A stretch of 64,000 nt of DNA from Bordetella parapertussis (GTDB taxonomy: Bacteria > Pseudomonadota > Gammaproteobacteria > Burkholderiales > SG8-41), in NCBI GenBank assembly GCA_945906935.1, contig CAMDSO010000005.1:3155-67154 (forward strand), in the 5' to 3' direction. The position numbers and the translations under genes were made by a program. Positions 47,661 to 57,730 of this stretch are shown here, in pieces (within the stretch, counting starts at the first letter, position 1; every line of letters starts with the position of its first letter). Under the pieces are notes generated by a model, which made no database searches, was not told where the DNA came from, and saw nothing but the letters and a program-made list of their open reading frames with translations.

Positions 47661-50528
47661 ATGCCGTTGGCGTTTTTTCCAGTGAGTACGGGTTCTGCAG
47701 TGCCGTCCGTCGCCGCTACGCCGGAAGTCAAAACCACCACCTGTTACATGTGCGCCTGTCGCTGTGGTATCCGCGTGACGGTGAAAGACGGTGAGGTTCG
47801 TTATATTGAAGGCAACCCGGAGCATCCGCTCAACAAGGGCGTGATATGCGCCAAAGGCGCCTCCGGTATCATGAAACAGAATTCACCGGCGCGCCTGACG
47901 CGGCCGTTGAAACGCAAGGCCGGCAGCGAACGGGGGGGCGCGGAATTTGAGCCGATCTCCTGGGAAGAGGCGCTCGATACCATCGTGCGGCGCCTTTCAA
48001 AATTGCGCGCCACCGATCCTAAAAAATTCGCCTTCTTTACCGGTCGCGACCAGATGCAGGCGCTGACGGGTCTCTTCGCGCGCCAGTTCGGCACGCCGAA
48101 TTACGCAGCACATGGCGGCTTCTGCTCGGTTAACATGGCCGCCGGCATGATTTACACCATCGGCGGTTCGTTCTGGGAGTTTGGCGGCCCTGATCTCGAC
48201 CGCGCCAAACTCTTTGTCATGCTCGGCACTGCCGAGGATCATCATTCCAATCCGCTCAAAATCGCGATCTCCAAATTCAAACGCGAGGGCGGCCGTTTCA
48301 TTTCGGTTAACCCAGTGCGCACCGGTTATTCGGCGGTGGCCGATGAATGGGTACCGATCAAGCCGGGTACCGACGGCGCCTTGCTGATGGCCTTGTGTCA
48401 TGAAATTGTGCGCGAAGGTCTCTACGACCGCGATTTCCTGGCGCGTTATACCAACGCCGGTTATCTGGTGAATCTCGACACCGCGAGCAATGAATTCGGC
48501 TTGATGGCCTGTGACGCCGAAGATGCGGTGAAGAACCCGTTCCGTCGCCATAGCCAGTTATGGTGGGACCGTCATACCGGCCGCACGGTGGTCAACCATA
48601 CCGAAGGTGCCGATCCGGCACTGACCGGTGAATATCGACTCGCCGACGGCACGCCGGTGAAACCCGCTTTTGAACTACTGCGCGAGCGCCTGCGCGAATC
48701 AACGCCTGAGTGGGCGGCTGCCATAACCGGTATCTCGGCTGAACGTATCCGTGCATTGGCGCGCGAACTGGGCACCGTGGCGCGCGATCACAAGATCACA
48801 CTGCCCATCGCCTGGACCGATAGTTGGGGGCGCAAACACGATAGCGTCACCGGCAATCCCGTGGCCTTCCACGCGATGCGCGGACTGGCGGCGCATTCGA
48901 ATGGCTTTCAGACGGTGCGCGCGTTGTCTATCTTGATGTCGTTGCTCGGTACCATCGACCGGCCCGGTGGCTTTCGTCACAAGGCGCCGTTCCCGCGCAG
49001 CACGCCGCCGGTTTACGCGCGCAACCCGAACAAAGCCGAGGCGGTCAAGCCTGACATGCCGCTCGATGGCGCGGCCCTCGGATTCCCGGCGCGGCCCGAC
49101 GATTTGTTTGTCAATGCAGACGGCTCGCCGGTACGCATCGACAAGGCCTTCTCGTGGGAACATCCGCTGGCGGTCCACGGCATGATGCAAAACGTGATCA
49201 CTAATGCGTGGCGGGGTGACCCCTATCCGATCGATACGCTGATGATATTCATGGCCAACATGGCATGGAACTCGTCGATGAACACCAGTGAAGCGCGGCG
49301 CATGCTCAATGACAAGCATGCCGGTGGTGAATACAAAATCCCCTTCATTATTGTCTGCGACGCGTTTGAATCGGAAATGACGGCGTTCGCCGATTTGATC
49401 CTGCCGGACACGACTTATCTCGAACGCTACGACACCATGTCGATGCTCGACCGGCCGATTTCCGAGTTCGACGGGCCCTGCGATTCGGTGCGTGTGCCGG
49501 TGGTCGAGCCGAAGGGCGAATGCCGGCCGTTTCAAGAGGTGATTGTCGAACTCGCATCGCGCATGAAGTTTCCGGCCTTCACCAAGGCCGACGGCACGCG
49601 CAAGTTCAGCGGCTACAAGGACTTCATCGTCAACTTCGAAACTGAGCCCGGATCAGGCCAGGGTTTTCTCATCGGCTGGCGCGGTAAGGACGGTTCGAAA
49701 TCGCTGGTTGGCGAGCCCAATCCAGATCAGTGGGAGATGTACGCAAAGAACAACTGCTTCTACCATCACAAAATGCCCGAAGAGCATCAGTGGATGCGCA
49801 ACTGGAACCAGGGGTATCACGAGTGGGCGCAGAAAATGAAGCTGCGCAAATTCCCCGACCCGGTGGTGATCCAGCTCTATTGCGAAGTGCTGCAGAAATT
49901 CCGCCTCGCCGCCGAGGGCCGTGGCCCGGACATACGGCGGCCGCCGGAGGCGTTGCGCGAACGCGTGCACAAATACTTTGATCCGCTGCCGTTTTATTAC
50001 GCGCCGCTCGAAGCCCAAGCCACCGACCTCGATTTGTATCCGCTCAACGCGGTGACGCAGCGGCCGATGGCGATGTACCACTCCTGGGATTCACAGAATG
50101 CGTGGTTGCGACAGATACACACGCATAATTATTTGTATGTGAATCCACTGACGGCCGCGGCGCAGGGTATCGCCGACGGCGGCTGGATGTGGGTTGAATC
50201 GATGCACGGCAAGGTGCGCTGCATGTGCCGTTATAGTGAAGCTGTCGAGCCGGCTACCGTGTGGACCTGGAATGCGATCGGCAAGTCCAAGGGGGCCTGG
50301 GCCTTGAGTGGTGATGCCAATGAATCGCAGCGCGGCTTTTTGCTCAATCATCTGATTTCTGAAGAGCTGTCGTTGACGGATGGTGCGCGTTATTCGAATT
50401 CCGATCCGATCACCGGTCAGGCCGGCTGGTACGATGTGCGCGTCAACATTCGCGCCGCGCTAGCCGACGAGGCGGAGGTTGTGTTGCCGCAGTTCGCCGC
50501 ACCAGCGCACAACGCTGGGACCCACTGA
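47661..50528 (+). CDS. DMSO-reductase-family molybdopterin oxidoreductase, catalytic subunit, no Tat signal (SoeA-like architecture)
   Basis: 955 aa with the N-terminal [4Fe-4S] motif CYMCACRCG (C-x2-C-x3-C) about 28 residues from the start. No RR motif is present. An in-frame TAG at 47634-47636 excludes a longer N-terminus. Confidence 0.85.
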   Translation: MPLAFFPVSTGSAVPSVAATPEVKTTTCYMCACRCGIRVTVKDGEVRYIEGNPEHPLNKGVICAKGASGIMKQNSPARLTRPLKRKAGSERGGAEFEPISWEEALDTIVRRLSKLRATDPKKFAFFTGRDQMQALTGLFARQFGTPNYAAHGGFCSVNMAAGMIYTIGGSFWEFGGPDLDRAKLFVMLGTAEDHHSNPLKIAISKFKREGGRFISVNPVRTGYSAVADEWVPIKPGTDGALLMALCHEIVREGLYDRDFLARYTNAGYLVNLDTASNEFGLMACDAEDAVKNPFRRHSQLWWDRHTGRTVVNHTEGADPALTGEYRLADGTPVKPAFELLRERLRESTPEWAAAITGISAERIRALARELGTVARDHKITLPIAWTDSWGRKHDSVTGNPVAFHAMRGLAAHSNGFQTVRALSILMSLLGTIDRPGGFRHKAPFPRSTPPVYARNPNKAEAVKPDMPLDGAALGFPARPDDLFVNADGSPVRIDKAFSWEHPLAVHGMMQNVITNAWRGDPYPIDTLMIFMANMAWNSSMNTSEARRMLNDKHAGGEYKIPFIIVCDAFESEMTAFADLILPDTTYLERYDTMSMLDRPISEFDGPCDSVRVPVVEPKGECRPFQEVIVELASRMKFPAFTKADGTRKFSGYKDFIVNFETEPGSGQGFLIGWRGKDGSKSLVGEPNPDQWEMYAKNNCFYHHKMPEEHQWMRNWNQGYHEWAQKMKLRKFPDPVVIQLYCEVLQKFRLAAEGRGPDIRRPPEALRERVHKYFDPLPFYYAPLEAQATDLDLYPLNAVTQRPMAMYHSWDSQNAWLRQIHTHNYLYVNPLTAAAQGIADGGWMWVESMHGKVRCMCRYSEAVEPATVWTWNAIGKSKGAWALSGDANESQRGFLLNHLISEELSLTDGARYSNSDPITGQAGWYDVRVNIRAALADEAEVVLPQFAAPAHNAGTH

Positions 50529-50553
50529 TGAAGCTACCCCGGAAAGGAATGCG

Positions 50554-51258
50554 ATGACCCAGCTCGCATTGGTCATAGACCTCAATGTCTGCGTCGGCTG
50601 TCATGCCTGCGTCACCAGCTGCAAACAATGGAATGACAGCGGCAGCGCCGGTCCTCTGAGCGACCAGAATCCCTACGGCAAGGACCCGAGCGGCACGTTT
50701 TTCAATCGCGTGCAGACCTGGGAGGCCGGTGAGTTTCCGGCCACCGAGACGGTGCATTTTCCGAAATCCTGTTTGCATTGCGAGGATCCGCCCTGCGTGC
50801 CGGTGTGTCCGACGGGGGCGAGTTACAAACGGGCCGAAGACGGCATCGTTCTGATCGACTACGACAAATGCATCGGCTGTAAATACTGCGCATGGGCTTG
50901 TCCCTACGGTGCGCGCGAGGTCGACGAGCAGCAGCATGTGATGAAGAAGTGCACGCTATGCGTGGACCGTATTTATGATGACAAGCTGCCGGAGGCCGAA
51001 CGCAAGCCGGCCTGTGTGATCGCCTGCCCGACCAGCGCGCGGCTGTTTGGTGATGTGCATGATCCGGCCTCCGAGGTGTCCAAGGCCATCAGCGAGCGCG
51101 GCGGGTATGCGCTGATGCCCGAGTGGGAAACGAATCCAGCCAACCGCTATCTGCCACGCAAGCCGACCACCGCGGTGGCTGCGGCGCCGGCACAGGGCGA
51201 AGATCCGCGTGGCATCGACGGCGCGTTTGATCTGAACCCGACGGGGGGGCAGGTATGA
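50554..51258 (+). CDS. 4x[4Fe-4S] ferredoxin-type electron-transfer subunit (DmsB/PsrB/SoeB-like)
   Basis: The start at ATG 50554 follows GGAAAGGA. There are four Cys clusters: CVGCHACVTSC, CLHCEDPPCVPVCP, CIGCKYCAWACP and CTLC...CVIACP. Confidence 0.9.
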   Translation: MTQLALVIDLNVCVGCHACVTSCKQWNDSGSAGPLSDQNPYGKDPSGTFFNRVQTWEAGEFPATETVHFPKSCLHCEDPPCVPVCPTGASYKRAEDGIVLIDYDKCIGCKYCAWACPYGAREVDEQQHVMKKCTLCVDRIYDDKLPEAERKPACVIACPTSARLFGDVHDPASEVSKAISERGGYALMPEWETNPANRYLPRKPTTAVAAAPAQGEDPRGIDGAFDLNPTGGQV

Positions 51259-52193
51259 AGCCGGCGTGGTCTGTTATTTTTCTGACGACCTTGATCGGGG
51301 CCGGGCAGGGCTTGTTCCTGGCGATGGCCGGTGTCGAAGCTGCCGCGAGTGTAGGCATGATGGCGCCGGTGGCCGCTGATTTTTTTGTCACCGGCAGTTT
51401 TTTTGCGACCCTGTTGCTGGTGTGTGGATTGGGTGCCTCCTTCCTGCATCTTGGGCATCCCGAACGTGCGTGGCGGGCCGTCGTCATGTGGCGCACCTCG
51501 TGGTTGTCACGTGAAGTGATCGTGCTGCCGGCGTTTATCGCCGCGGTCATCGCTTACGGCTACGCGCATGCCGAGGGCTGGAATTGCACCGGCTGGATTG
51601 CCGCCGCCGGCTTGTTGTTGTGTATCGCCCTGTTTGTCTGCACGGCGATGATTTATAGCTGCCTGAAATTTCTGCAGGAGTGGCATACGCCGCTCACATG
51701 CGCGAACTTCTTTTTTCTGGGCGCGGCTTCTGGGACGTTATTGGCGGCTGCTCTTGCCGCAACAGCGTGGCCGCTGATCGTGCCGCGGCTGGCGGTGGCG
51801 GCGGCCGTGTTGATTGCGGCGGGCGCGGTGACGCGCAGTTTGTCACTTGTGCGCAATGCACGGTTACGGCCGAAATCCACAGTGCAAAGCGCGACTGGTA
51901 TCGTCAATCCGAAAATCGTGCAAAAGGCGCAGGGGGCGATGGGCGGCAGTTTCAATACCCGCGATTTTTTTCACGGCCGCAGTGCCGCGGCATTACGCCT
52001 GGTGAAATGGTTTTTTCTGCTGACGGTGTTCGTACTGCCGCTGGCGATGATACTGCTCGCGCTTGAGCAGGGGCGGTCGCAATGGCTAGTGGTTGTGTTT
52101 GGCCTGCAATATGCCGGCTTGCTGGCCGAGCGCTGGTTTTTCTTTGCGCAGGCGCGGCATCCGCAAAATCTTTATTATCAAGCCATCTCCTGA
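51255..52193 (+). CDS. DmsC-type polytopic membrane anchor subunit (SoeC-like)
   Basis: 312 aa with ~8 hydrophobic segments. It overlaps the stop of the FeS subunit gene (ATGA). Confidence 0.8.
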   Translation: MKPAWSVIFLTTLIGAGQGLFLAMAGVEAAASVGMMAPVAADFFVTGSFFATLLLVCGLGASFLHLGHPERAWRAVVMWRTSWLSREVIVLPAFIAAVIAYGYAHAEGWNCTGWIAAAGLLLCIALFVCTAMIYSCLKFLQEWHTPLTCANFFFLGAASGTLLAAALAATAWPLIVPRLAVAAAVLIAAGAVTRSLSLVRNARLRPKSTVQSATGIVNPKIVQKAQGAMGGSFNTRDFFHGRSAAALRLVKWFFLLTVFVLPLAMILLALEQGRSQWLVVVFGLQYAGLLAERWFFFAQARHPQNLYYQAIS

Positions 52194-52212
52194 TCCCTCT
52201 GGCTTGAAATTC

Positions 52213-53097
52213 ATGAAGTGGTTGTGGTGCCTCCTGTTTGCGGCGTATGGCGTCGCGGCGGTGGCCGGGGTTGTCGCCACCGACGACCGTGGCGTCACGC
52301 TGAACCTGCGCGCGCCCGCCACCCGCATTATTGCGCTGGCCCCTTCAATCACGGAAATGGTGTTCGCCGCCGGTGCCGGTGCGCAACTCGTGGCGGTGCC
52401 GCGCTACAGTGATTTTCCAGCGCAGGCCGCCGTGCTGCCGCAGATCGGTGACGCCTCGAGCATAGATGCCGAACGCATCGTCGCCCTGCGGCCGGATCTC
52501 GTCATCGGCTGGAAAAGCGGCAACCGTGCTGCCGATATCGCACGCCTGGAACGCCTCGGTCTGAAGCTGTTCCTCATCGAACCGCTGGTGCTCGATGACC
52601 TGCCGCGTGCGTTGAGGGCGATCGCGACGCTGGCCGGAACTCTGTCTGTGGCGGAGTCCGCCGCGGCTGCATTCGAGACGCGTGTGGCGGCCTTGCGTGC
52701 GCGTTATGCCGGCGCGACCAAGGTTCGCGTGTTCTACGAAATCTGGCATCAGCCCCTGATGACCGTGAACGACCGTCACATCATCAGCGATGTGTTGCGC
52801 GTTTGTGGCGGCGAGAATATTTTTGCGACGCTGCCGGTGTTGACGCCGGTGGTGTCCCTCGAGGATGTGATGGCACGTAAACCGCAGGTGGTGTTGGGTG
52901 GCGGATCGTCGTTGTCAGCGGATGAATTGGCGGCGTTGTGGCGCGCGCCGACACGCCTGACCGGGCTGCGCGATCTGCCGGTAAGGTATGTCAATCCGGA
53001 TGCGATACAACGGCAGACGCTGCGCGTGTTGACGGGCGCCGAGGAAGTCTGCCGGCATCTTGATTCAGTACGCGACGCGCTGCACGCGCAACGCTGA
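52213..53097 (+). CDS. BtuF-like periplasmic binding protein (cobalamin/iron-siderophore ABC SBP family)
   Basis: The real start is ATG 52213 (MKWLWCLLFAAYGVAAVAG signal). It has the RIIALAPSITEMVFAAGAGAQLVAV and DLVIGW patterns. No cognate permease or ATPase gene is in the window. Confidence 0.75.
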   Translation: MKWLWCLLFAAYGVAAVAGVVATDDRGVTLNLRAPATRIIALAPSITEMVFAAGAGAQLVAVPRYSDFPAQAAVLPQIGDASSIDAERIVALRPDLVIGWKSGNRAADIARLERLGLKLFLIEPLVLDDLPRALRAIATLAGTLSVAESAAAAFETRVAALRARYAGATKVRVFYEIWHQPLMTVNDRHIISDVLRVCGGENIFATLPVLTPVVSLEDVMARKPQVVLGGGSSLSADELAALWRAPTRLTGLRDLPVRYVNPDAIQRQTLRVLTGAEEVCRHLDSVRDALHAQR

Positions 53098-53103
53098 CTG
53101 GCC

Positions 53104-54084
53104 TCATTCGGCTTTCAGTCCCGCCGCCTTGATGACGCGGCCCCACTTGTCGATTTCGGATTGGATGAAGGCGCCGAATTGTTCTGGTGTGTTGCCGACC
53201 GGTTCGGCGCCGTCAGCGAGTAGGCGCTCGCGTATCTCTGGAATTTTCAGGATGGCGACGGTTTCTGCATTAAGTTTTGTGATCACGGCGCGCGCCGTGG
53301 CCTTGGGCGCCAGCATCCCGTACCAGGTGTAGGATTCATAACCCTTGACGCCGGCTTCATTCATGGTCGGTGTGTCGGGCAGCGTTTGCGAGCGGTGGGC
53401 GCCGCTCACTGCAAGCGCACGCACGCGACCGGTTTTGATCGAAGGCAGCGCGGTGTTGATTGAAATCGGCGTCAGCGGTACCTGTCCGCTGATCACATCA
53501 ATCAGTGCCGGTGAGGAGCCTTTATAGGGGATATGCGTCAGATCAATGCCGGCCATCAGCTTGAGTAACTCGCCGGCGAGATGTCCGCCGGTGCCGTTAC
53601 CCGCCGTGCCGAAAGTGATCTGGCCGGGTTTTGCCTTGGCCATCGTGATCAGATCCTGCAGAGTCTTCGCCGGAAAATTCGTTCCGGCGAGCAACACGAT
53701 CTGTTGCGAGGCAACGTGCGTGATTGGGGCGAAATCGCGTATCGGATCGTATGGCAGGTTGCGCGTCAGGCTGACGTTGGTGGCCATCGACGATATCGTT
53801 GCCATGATCAGGGTATAGCCGTCGGGCGCGGCGCGTGCGGTGAGTTCACCGGCAATCACGCCACCCGCGCCAGAGCGATTGTCGACCACTACTTGCTGAC
53901 CCCAGCGTTCACCGAGCCGCGCGCCGATGGTGCGGGCGAGCATGTCGACACTGCCACCGGGCGTGCTGGGCACAATGATGCGGATCGGTTTGCTTGGGTA
54001 AGTCTGGGCTGTACAAAATGCCGGCGATAGTGCCAACGTGAGCGTTGGCACGATTAGGGTCGCAAGGCTGACAACTTTAAACAT
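53104..54084 (-). CDS. Bug family (TctC-like) TTT substrate-binding protein
   Basis: 326 aa with a signal peptide, YPSKPIRIIVPSTPGGSVDM, and the C-terminal PEQFGAFIQSEIDKWGRVIKAAGLKAE. Confidence 0.9.
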   Translation of the reverse strand: MFKVVSLATLIVPTLTLALSPAFCTAQTYPSKPIRIIVPSTPGGSVDMLARTIGARLGERWGQQVVVDNRSGAGGVIAGELTARAAPDGYTLIMATISSMATNVSLTRNLPYDPIRDFAPITHVASQQIVLLAGTNFPAKTLQDLITMAKAKPGQITFGTAGNGTGGHLAGELLKLMAGIDLTHIPYKGSSPALIDVISGQVPLTPISINTALPSIKTGRVRALAVSGAHRSQTLPDTPTMNEAGVKGYESYTWYGMLAPKATARAVITKLNAETVAILKIPEIRERLLADGAEPVGNTPEQFGAFIQSEIDKWGRVIKAAGLKAE

Positions 54085-54327
54085 GAGTTAATCGTTCTGA
54101 AAATTTTGTCTGACGCTCATTCTAGGTCACGGCTTGCCAATCCCCAAGCATCCGCCGTGCAATTTTTCGCCGCCGCAGCCCTGCGTCTAGGCCAACTCAG
54201 CCGCTCCAGTCATACGTGTCGCAGGCGGAAGGCCGTTCTGAATATGGGATAATCATCGTCAGCCCGGAGTTTATTTTTTGCGCGTAGCAGTGGCGCCGCA
54301 TCGTTACGTAATACAAAGGAGATTTGT

Positions 54328-55224
54328 ATGGCAAGTAAAGGCCGCCAGTTCAAAGAGTTGATCAATGCCCCTGAGATTTTGATCCAGCCGGGCATCTATG
54401 ACGGATATACCGCGCGCTTGGTTGAGGCGAGCGGCTTTAAGGCTGCATCCATTTCCGGGGCTGGTGTGTCGGAGAGCCGCATGGGCTGGCCTGACCGCGG
54501 CATCATGACGTTCGACGAAAATCTCAACAACGCACGCCGCCTCGCCGACTGCACCGACAATCTGCTGTTGCGCGCCGATGCTGATACCGGATACGGCAAC
54601 GCGATGACCGTGCATTTTGTGGTTCGCGCCTTCGAGAAAGCCGGTATGGCCGCCTTGATGTTTGAAGATCAGGTGTGGCCGAAACGCTGTGGCCACATGG
54701 CTGGCAAGTCATGCATCCCCGCAGAAGAAATGGTACAGAAGGTCAAGGCTGCGGCCGATGCGCGGCGCGACGACGATTTTTGCATCGTTTCGCGCACCGA
54801 TGCGGCCGGTCCACATGGTGTTGATGAGGCGATTCGCCGCCTTAATTTATACGCCGAAGCGGGTGCCGATGTGCTCTATGCCGATGCGCTGTTGTCGAAG
54901 GAAGACATTGCCAAGGTGGCGAAGAATGTGCCGAAAAAACTCATCGTCAACATGGGTCTTGGACTGCGTTCGCGTGCCACCACGCCGTTGATGTCGCCGA
55001 AGGAACTTGAGGATCTGGGGGTGGGTGGTGTCAGCTATCCGCGCATACTGTCCACCGCGGCGTTGAAGGGCATGATGAACGCCATGGCGGTCTTCAAGGA
55101 AGAAGTGGTCAAGCATAACCGCGTGGTCGACCGTCCGGATCTGCTGGCATCGTTCGATGAACTGAACGACCTGATGGGCATGGAGCGTTTGGACGAGCTT
55201 GAGAAAAAATTTGTCGGTGGTTGA
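54328..55224 (+). CDS. PEP mutase / isocitrate lyase superfamily enzyme (methylisocitrate-lyase / dimethylmalate-lyase / oxaloacetate-decarboxylase-like)
   Basis: 298 aa with a start after AAAGGAG. Motifs: PGIYDG..A, DADTGYGN, and the flexible-loop motif EDQVWPKRCGHMAGK (the K-[RK]-C-G-H of this superfamily). Confidence 0.85.
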   Translation: MASKGRQFKELINAPEILIQPGIYDGYTARLVEASGFKAASISGAGVSESRMGWPDRGIMTFDENLNNARRLADCTDNLLLRADADTGYGNAMTVHFVVRAFEKAGMAALMFEDQVWPKRCGHMAGKSCIPAEEMVQKVKAAADARRDDDFCIVSRTDAAGPHGVDEAIRRLNLYAEAGADVLYADALLSKEDIAKVAKNVPKKLIVNMGLGLRSRATTPLMSPKELEDLGVGGVSYPRILSTAALKGMMNAMAVFKEEVVKHNRVVDRPDLLASFDELNDLMGMERLDELEKKFVGG

Positions 55225-55244
55225 TAGAAGGGGGTAACTGCGTT

Positions 55245-56498
55245 ATGGGTATGACCATCGCTGAGAAGATACTCGCGAAAAAGAGCGGTTTGAAAAAAGT
55301 CGGTGCGGGGGATCTCGTTACGGTTGCCGTTGATACAGTGATTTTGTTCGACAACAACTTCATGACCAATCGCTGGCGCGAAGTCCTGAAGGTGAACAAC
55401 CCCGACAGCATTGTCGTCGTCTTTGATCACCGCGTGCCGGCGGCCACACAAGCCTCGGCTACCGCACATGGCATTGGCCGCGAGTTTGTCGCGCGCTTTG
55501 GCATCAAGCGTTTTCATGATGTCGGTTACTCACAGGGTATCGCGCACCAGTTGGTGGCCGATCATGGCTACGGACTGCCGGGCAGTGTCTTGTTGTGCAG
55601 TGATTCGCATACCTGCTCGGGCGGGGTGTTCAATTGCATCGCGCGCGGCGTCGGCCAGCCCGACATTGTGTATGCGGCGTGCAAGAACGAAACCTGGTTC
55701 CGGGTCGGTGAAACCATTCGTTATGAACTCACCGGCGCATTGTCGCGTGCGGTGACGGCCAAGGACGCCTTTTTGCAAATCGCCGGTGAATATGGTGATC
55801 ACGCAACGATGAATGTCGAGTTCGGTGGCGCCGGCATGAAGAGTCTGAGCATCAACGCGCGCAAAACACTGACCACCATGGCGGCGGAACTGTCCGCCGA
55901 GTTCGCGACCTTCGAGCCCGATGACGTGATGCTGGAGTGGGTGCGTGCGCGTAATCCGGCCCCTTTCGAGGCTGTCTATGCGGACGCCGACGCCCGCTAT
56001 GCCGCCGTGCGCACGGTCGATCTTGGCGTGCTGACCCCGCTGGTGGCTTATCCGGACAGTGTGGTCAACAACTCGCGACCGGTTGGTGACGCGGCGGGGA
56101 CGAAGATCGATCAGGCGTTTATCGGTTCCTGTGCCAACGGCACCCTGGATGATCTGGAACTTGCGGCTTCCATCCTTGACGGACGCCGTGTTTCATCCAA
56201 GGTACGTTTGATTATCACGCCGGCGTCGCAACTCGTTTATCGCGAAGCACTCAAGAGCGGTGCGATTGCCAAACTGATCGATGCCGGCGCGGTGGTGACG
56301 CCGGCGACCTGCGGCGCCTGCGGCGGTGGACATCTGGGCGTGCTCGGACCGAACGAAACCTGCATCACGGCGACCACGCGCAATTTCAAAGGGCGTATGG
56401 GCGACCCTAGCGCAAAAATCTTTATGGGTTCGCCGGCAACGGTGGCGGCTTCCGCGATCACGGGCACGATTACCGACCCGCGCGAATTTCTGCAGTAA
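55245..56498 (+). CDS. Aconitase-family hydro-lyase large subunit, short LeuC/HacA/DmdA-like type
   Basis: ~417 aa with MTIAEKILAKKSG, and Cys ligands in SDSHT, GSCANG and CGACGGG contexts. Start is ATG 55245 or 55251; the track start is TTG 55221. Confidence 0.85.
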   Translation: MGMTIAEKILAKKSGLKKVGAGDLVTVAVDTVILFDNNFMTNRWREVLKVNNPDSIVVVFDHRVPAATQASATAHGIGREFVARFGIKRFHDVGYSQGIAHQLVADHGYGLPGSVLLCSDSHTCSGGVFNCIARGVGQPDIVYAACKNETWFRVGETIRYELTGALSRAVTAKDAFLQIAGEYGDHATMNVEFGGAGMKSLSINARKTLTTMAAELSAEFATFEPDDVMLEWVRARNPAPFEAVYADADARYAAVRTVDLGVLTPLVAYPDSVVNNSRPVGDAAGTKIDQAFIGSCANGTLDDLELAASILDGRRVSSKVRLIITPASQLVYREALKSGAIAKLIDAGAVVTPATCGACGGGHLGVLGPNETCITATTRNFKGRMGDPSAKIFMGSPATVAASAITGTITDPREFLQ

Positions 56499-56623
56499 AA
56501 ATTTTGCCACAGTGGGCGCAGTAGACGTAGAGCGAAGAAAACAGCTGATTGCATTTGCGAAGACGCGAGCACGTTTGGCGGTTTTTCGCCCTCAAAATTT
56601 TCTGCGGCTGAAAGCGAGGTTCT

Positions 56624-57136
56624 ATGAAATTTCAATCACGCGTCTGGAAGTTTGGCGACAACATCAACACCGATCTGATTCTGCCGGTGCAGGCTTTTTA
56701 TTTGATGCCGGCCGAGCAGGCGCAGTGGGTGTTCCGTGCCAACCGGCCAGGATGGTCGGAACAGGTGCAGGCGGGCGACATACTGGTTGGTGGACGTAAC
56801 TTCGGCATGGGTTCGAGCCGGCCGGCGGCGCGTTCACTGAAGAACCTTGGCTTGAGTTGTCTGGTTGCGCAATCGATCAATGGATTGTTTTTTCGCAATT
56901 GTGTGAACTTTGCATTTCCGGCGATGGAATGTGTGAATGTGTTTGCCACGTTTGAAGAAGGTGATGTTGCCGAGGTCGATTTCGATGCGGCGACCGTCAA
57001 AAACATCACCCGCGGCACCGCGCTGGAGGCGATCCCGCTGCCGCTCAAGCTGCTGGATCTGCTCAAGGCCGGCGGCATTTATGCGTTGCTCGAGAAGGAA
57101 GGTGCAATAGGTCCGAAGACCGCTGCGTCAGGCTGA
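56624..57136 (+). CDS. Aconitase-family hydro-lyase small subunit, short LeuD/HacB/DmdB-like type
   Basis: 170 aa with KFGDNINTD and GRNFGMGSSR motifs. It is separated from the large-subunit gene by an unusual 125-nt spacer. Confidence 0.85.
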   Translation: MKFQSRVWKFGDNINTDLILPVQAFYLMPAEQAQWVFRANRPGWSEQVQAGDILVGGRNFGMGSSRPAARSLKNLGLSCLVAQSINGLFFRNCVNFAFPAMECVNVFATFEEGDVAEVDFDAATVKNITRGTALEAIPLPLKLLDLLKAGGIYALLEKEGAIGPKTAASG

Positions 57137-57218
57137 GCCTCCGCGGCGTTTTGCTGACAGCCATCGAATGCCCCAGCTGTCAGCCGCAGGTCGTTGCCTG
57201 CCGGCGCAGCCAATACGA

Positions 57219-57473
57219 TTACTTCTTTTCCGTTTGCGCTTTCGGTTTACGACCAGGTGCGGCTGGCGGAATATAGCCGGCAATGCGGCACAGCACGGCT
57301 TCGATATGTTTGCCGTCGCGGAAGCGGATCGAGCGGCACACCATCACGTCACCCTTGGCGGAGAGGTCGGAGACCGCGACACGCACATTTTCAACCGACA
57401 TGCCGGTTGCTGCGGCAATTTCGGAGTCTAGCCGTTCGCCGTGATTCTTCAAGTAATCCAGGATTCGCTGCAT
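57219..57473 (-). CDS. Small winged-helix DNA-binding protein (FeoC-like wHTH)
   Basis: 84 aa from ATG 57473, with GGAG 9 nt upstream. The sequence MQRILDYLKNHGERLDSEIAAATGMSVENVRVAVSDLSAKGDV shows a wHTH pattern, followed by a basic tail. The track ORF starts 11 codons earlier. Confidence 0.6.
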   Translation of the reverse strand: MQRILDYLKNHGERLDSEIAAATGMSVENVRVAVSDLSAKGDVMVCRSIRFRDGKHIEAVLCRIAGYIPPAAPGRKPKAQTEKK

Positions 57474-57730
57474 CCGAAATGCTCCAGATTGTAGTTGTTT
57501 AGGCATTTAAGTCCTGCATCGTCGACAGGATGTTTTCCACACGTGCTGCAGTTTCGCAATGGACCCTGTTTGTGTTCCTGGGAGCGGGCGGGATACTGTA
57601 TCGCCCGTTTGAAAATCCGGTTTTGCACACGGGAAGCAACCCGTGGTTGCAGAATTTTGGCGCCGGTATGCGGTTTGATCCTCAGCTTACTCTACCGTGA
57701 GCCTGTGCTCTCTCGCGCAACCTGCTTGCT

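Noticed and set aside
56499-56623. The 125-nt spacer between the hydratase large- and small-subunit genes. I checked it for a gene remnant, small ORF or strong structure.
   Set aside because: I found only a 4-bp GGCG/CGCC mini-hairpin and two AAAATTTT words. The open frame continuing after the stop has no start codon or protein-like features. It is noted under the island finding and is not called as a feature.
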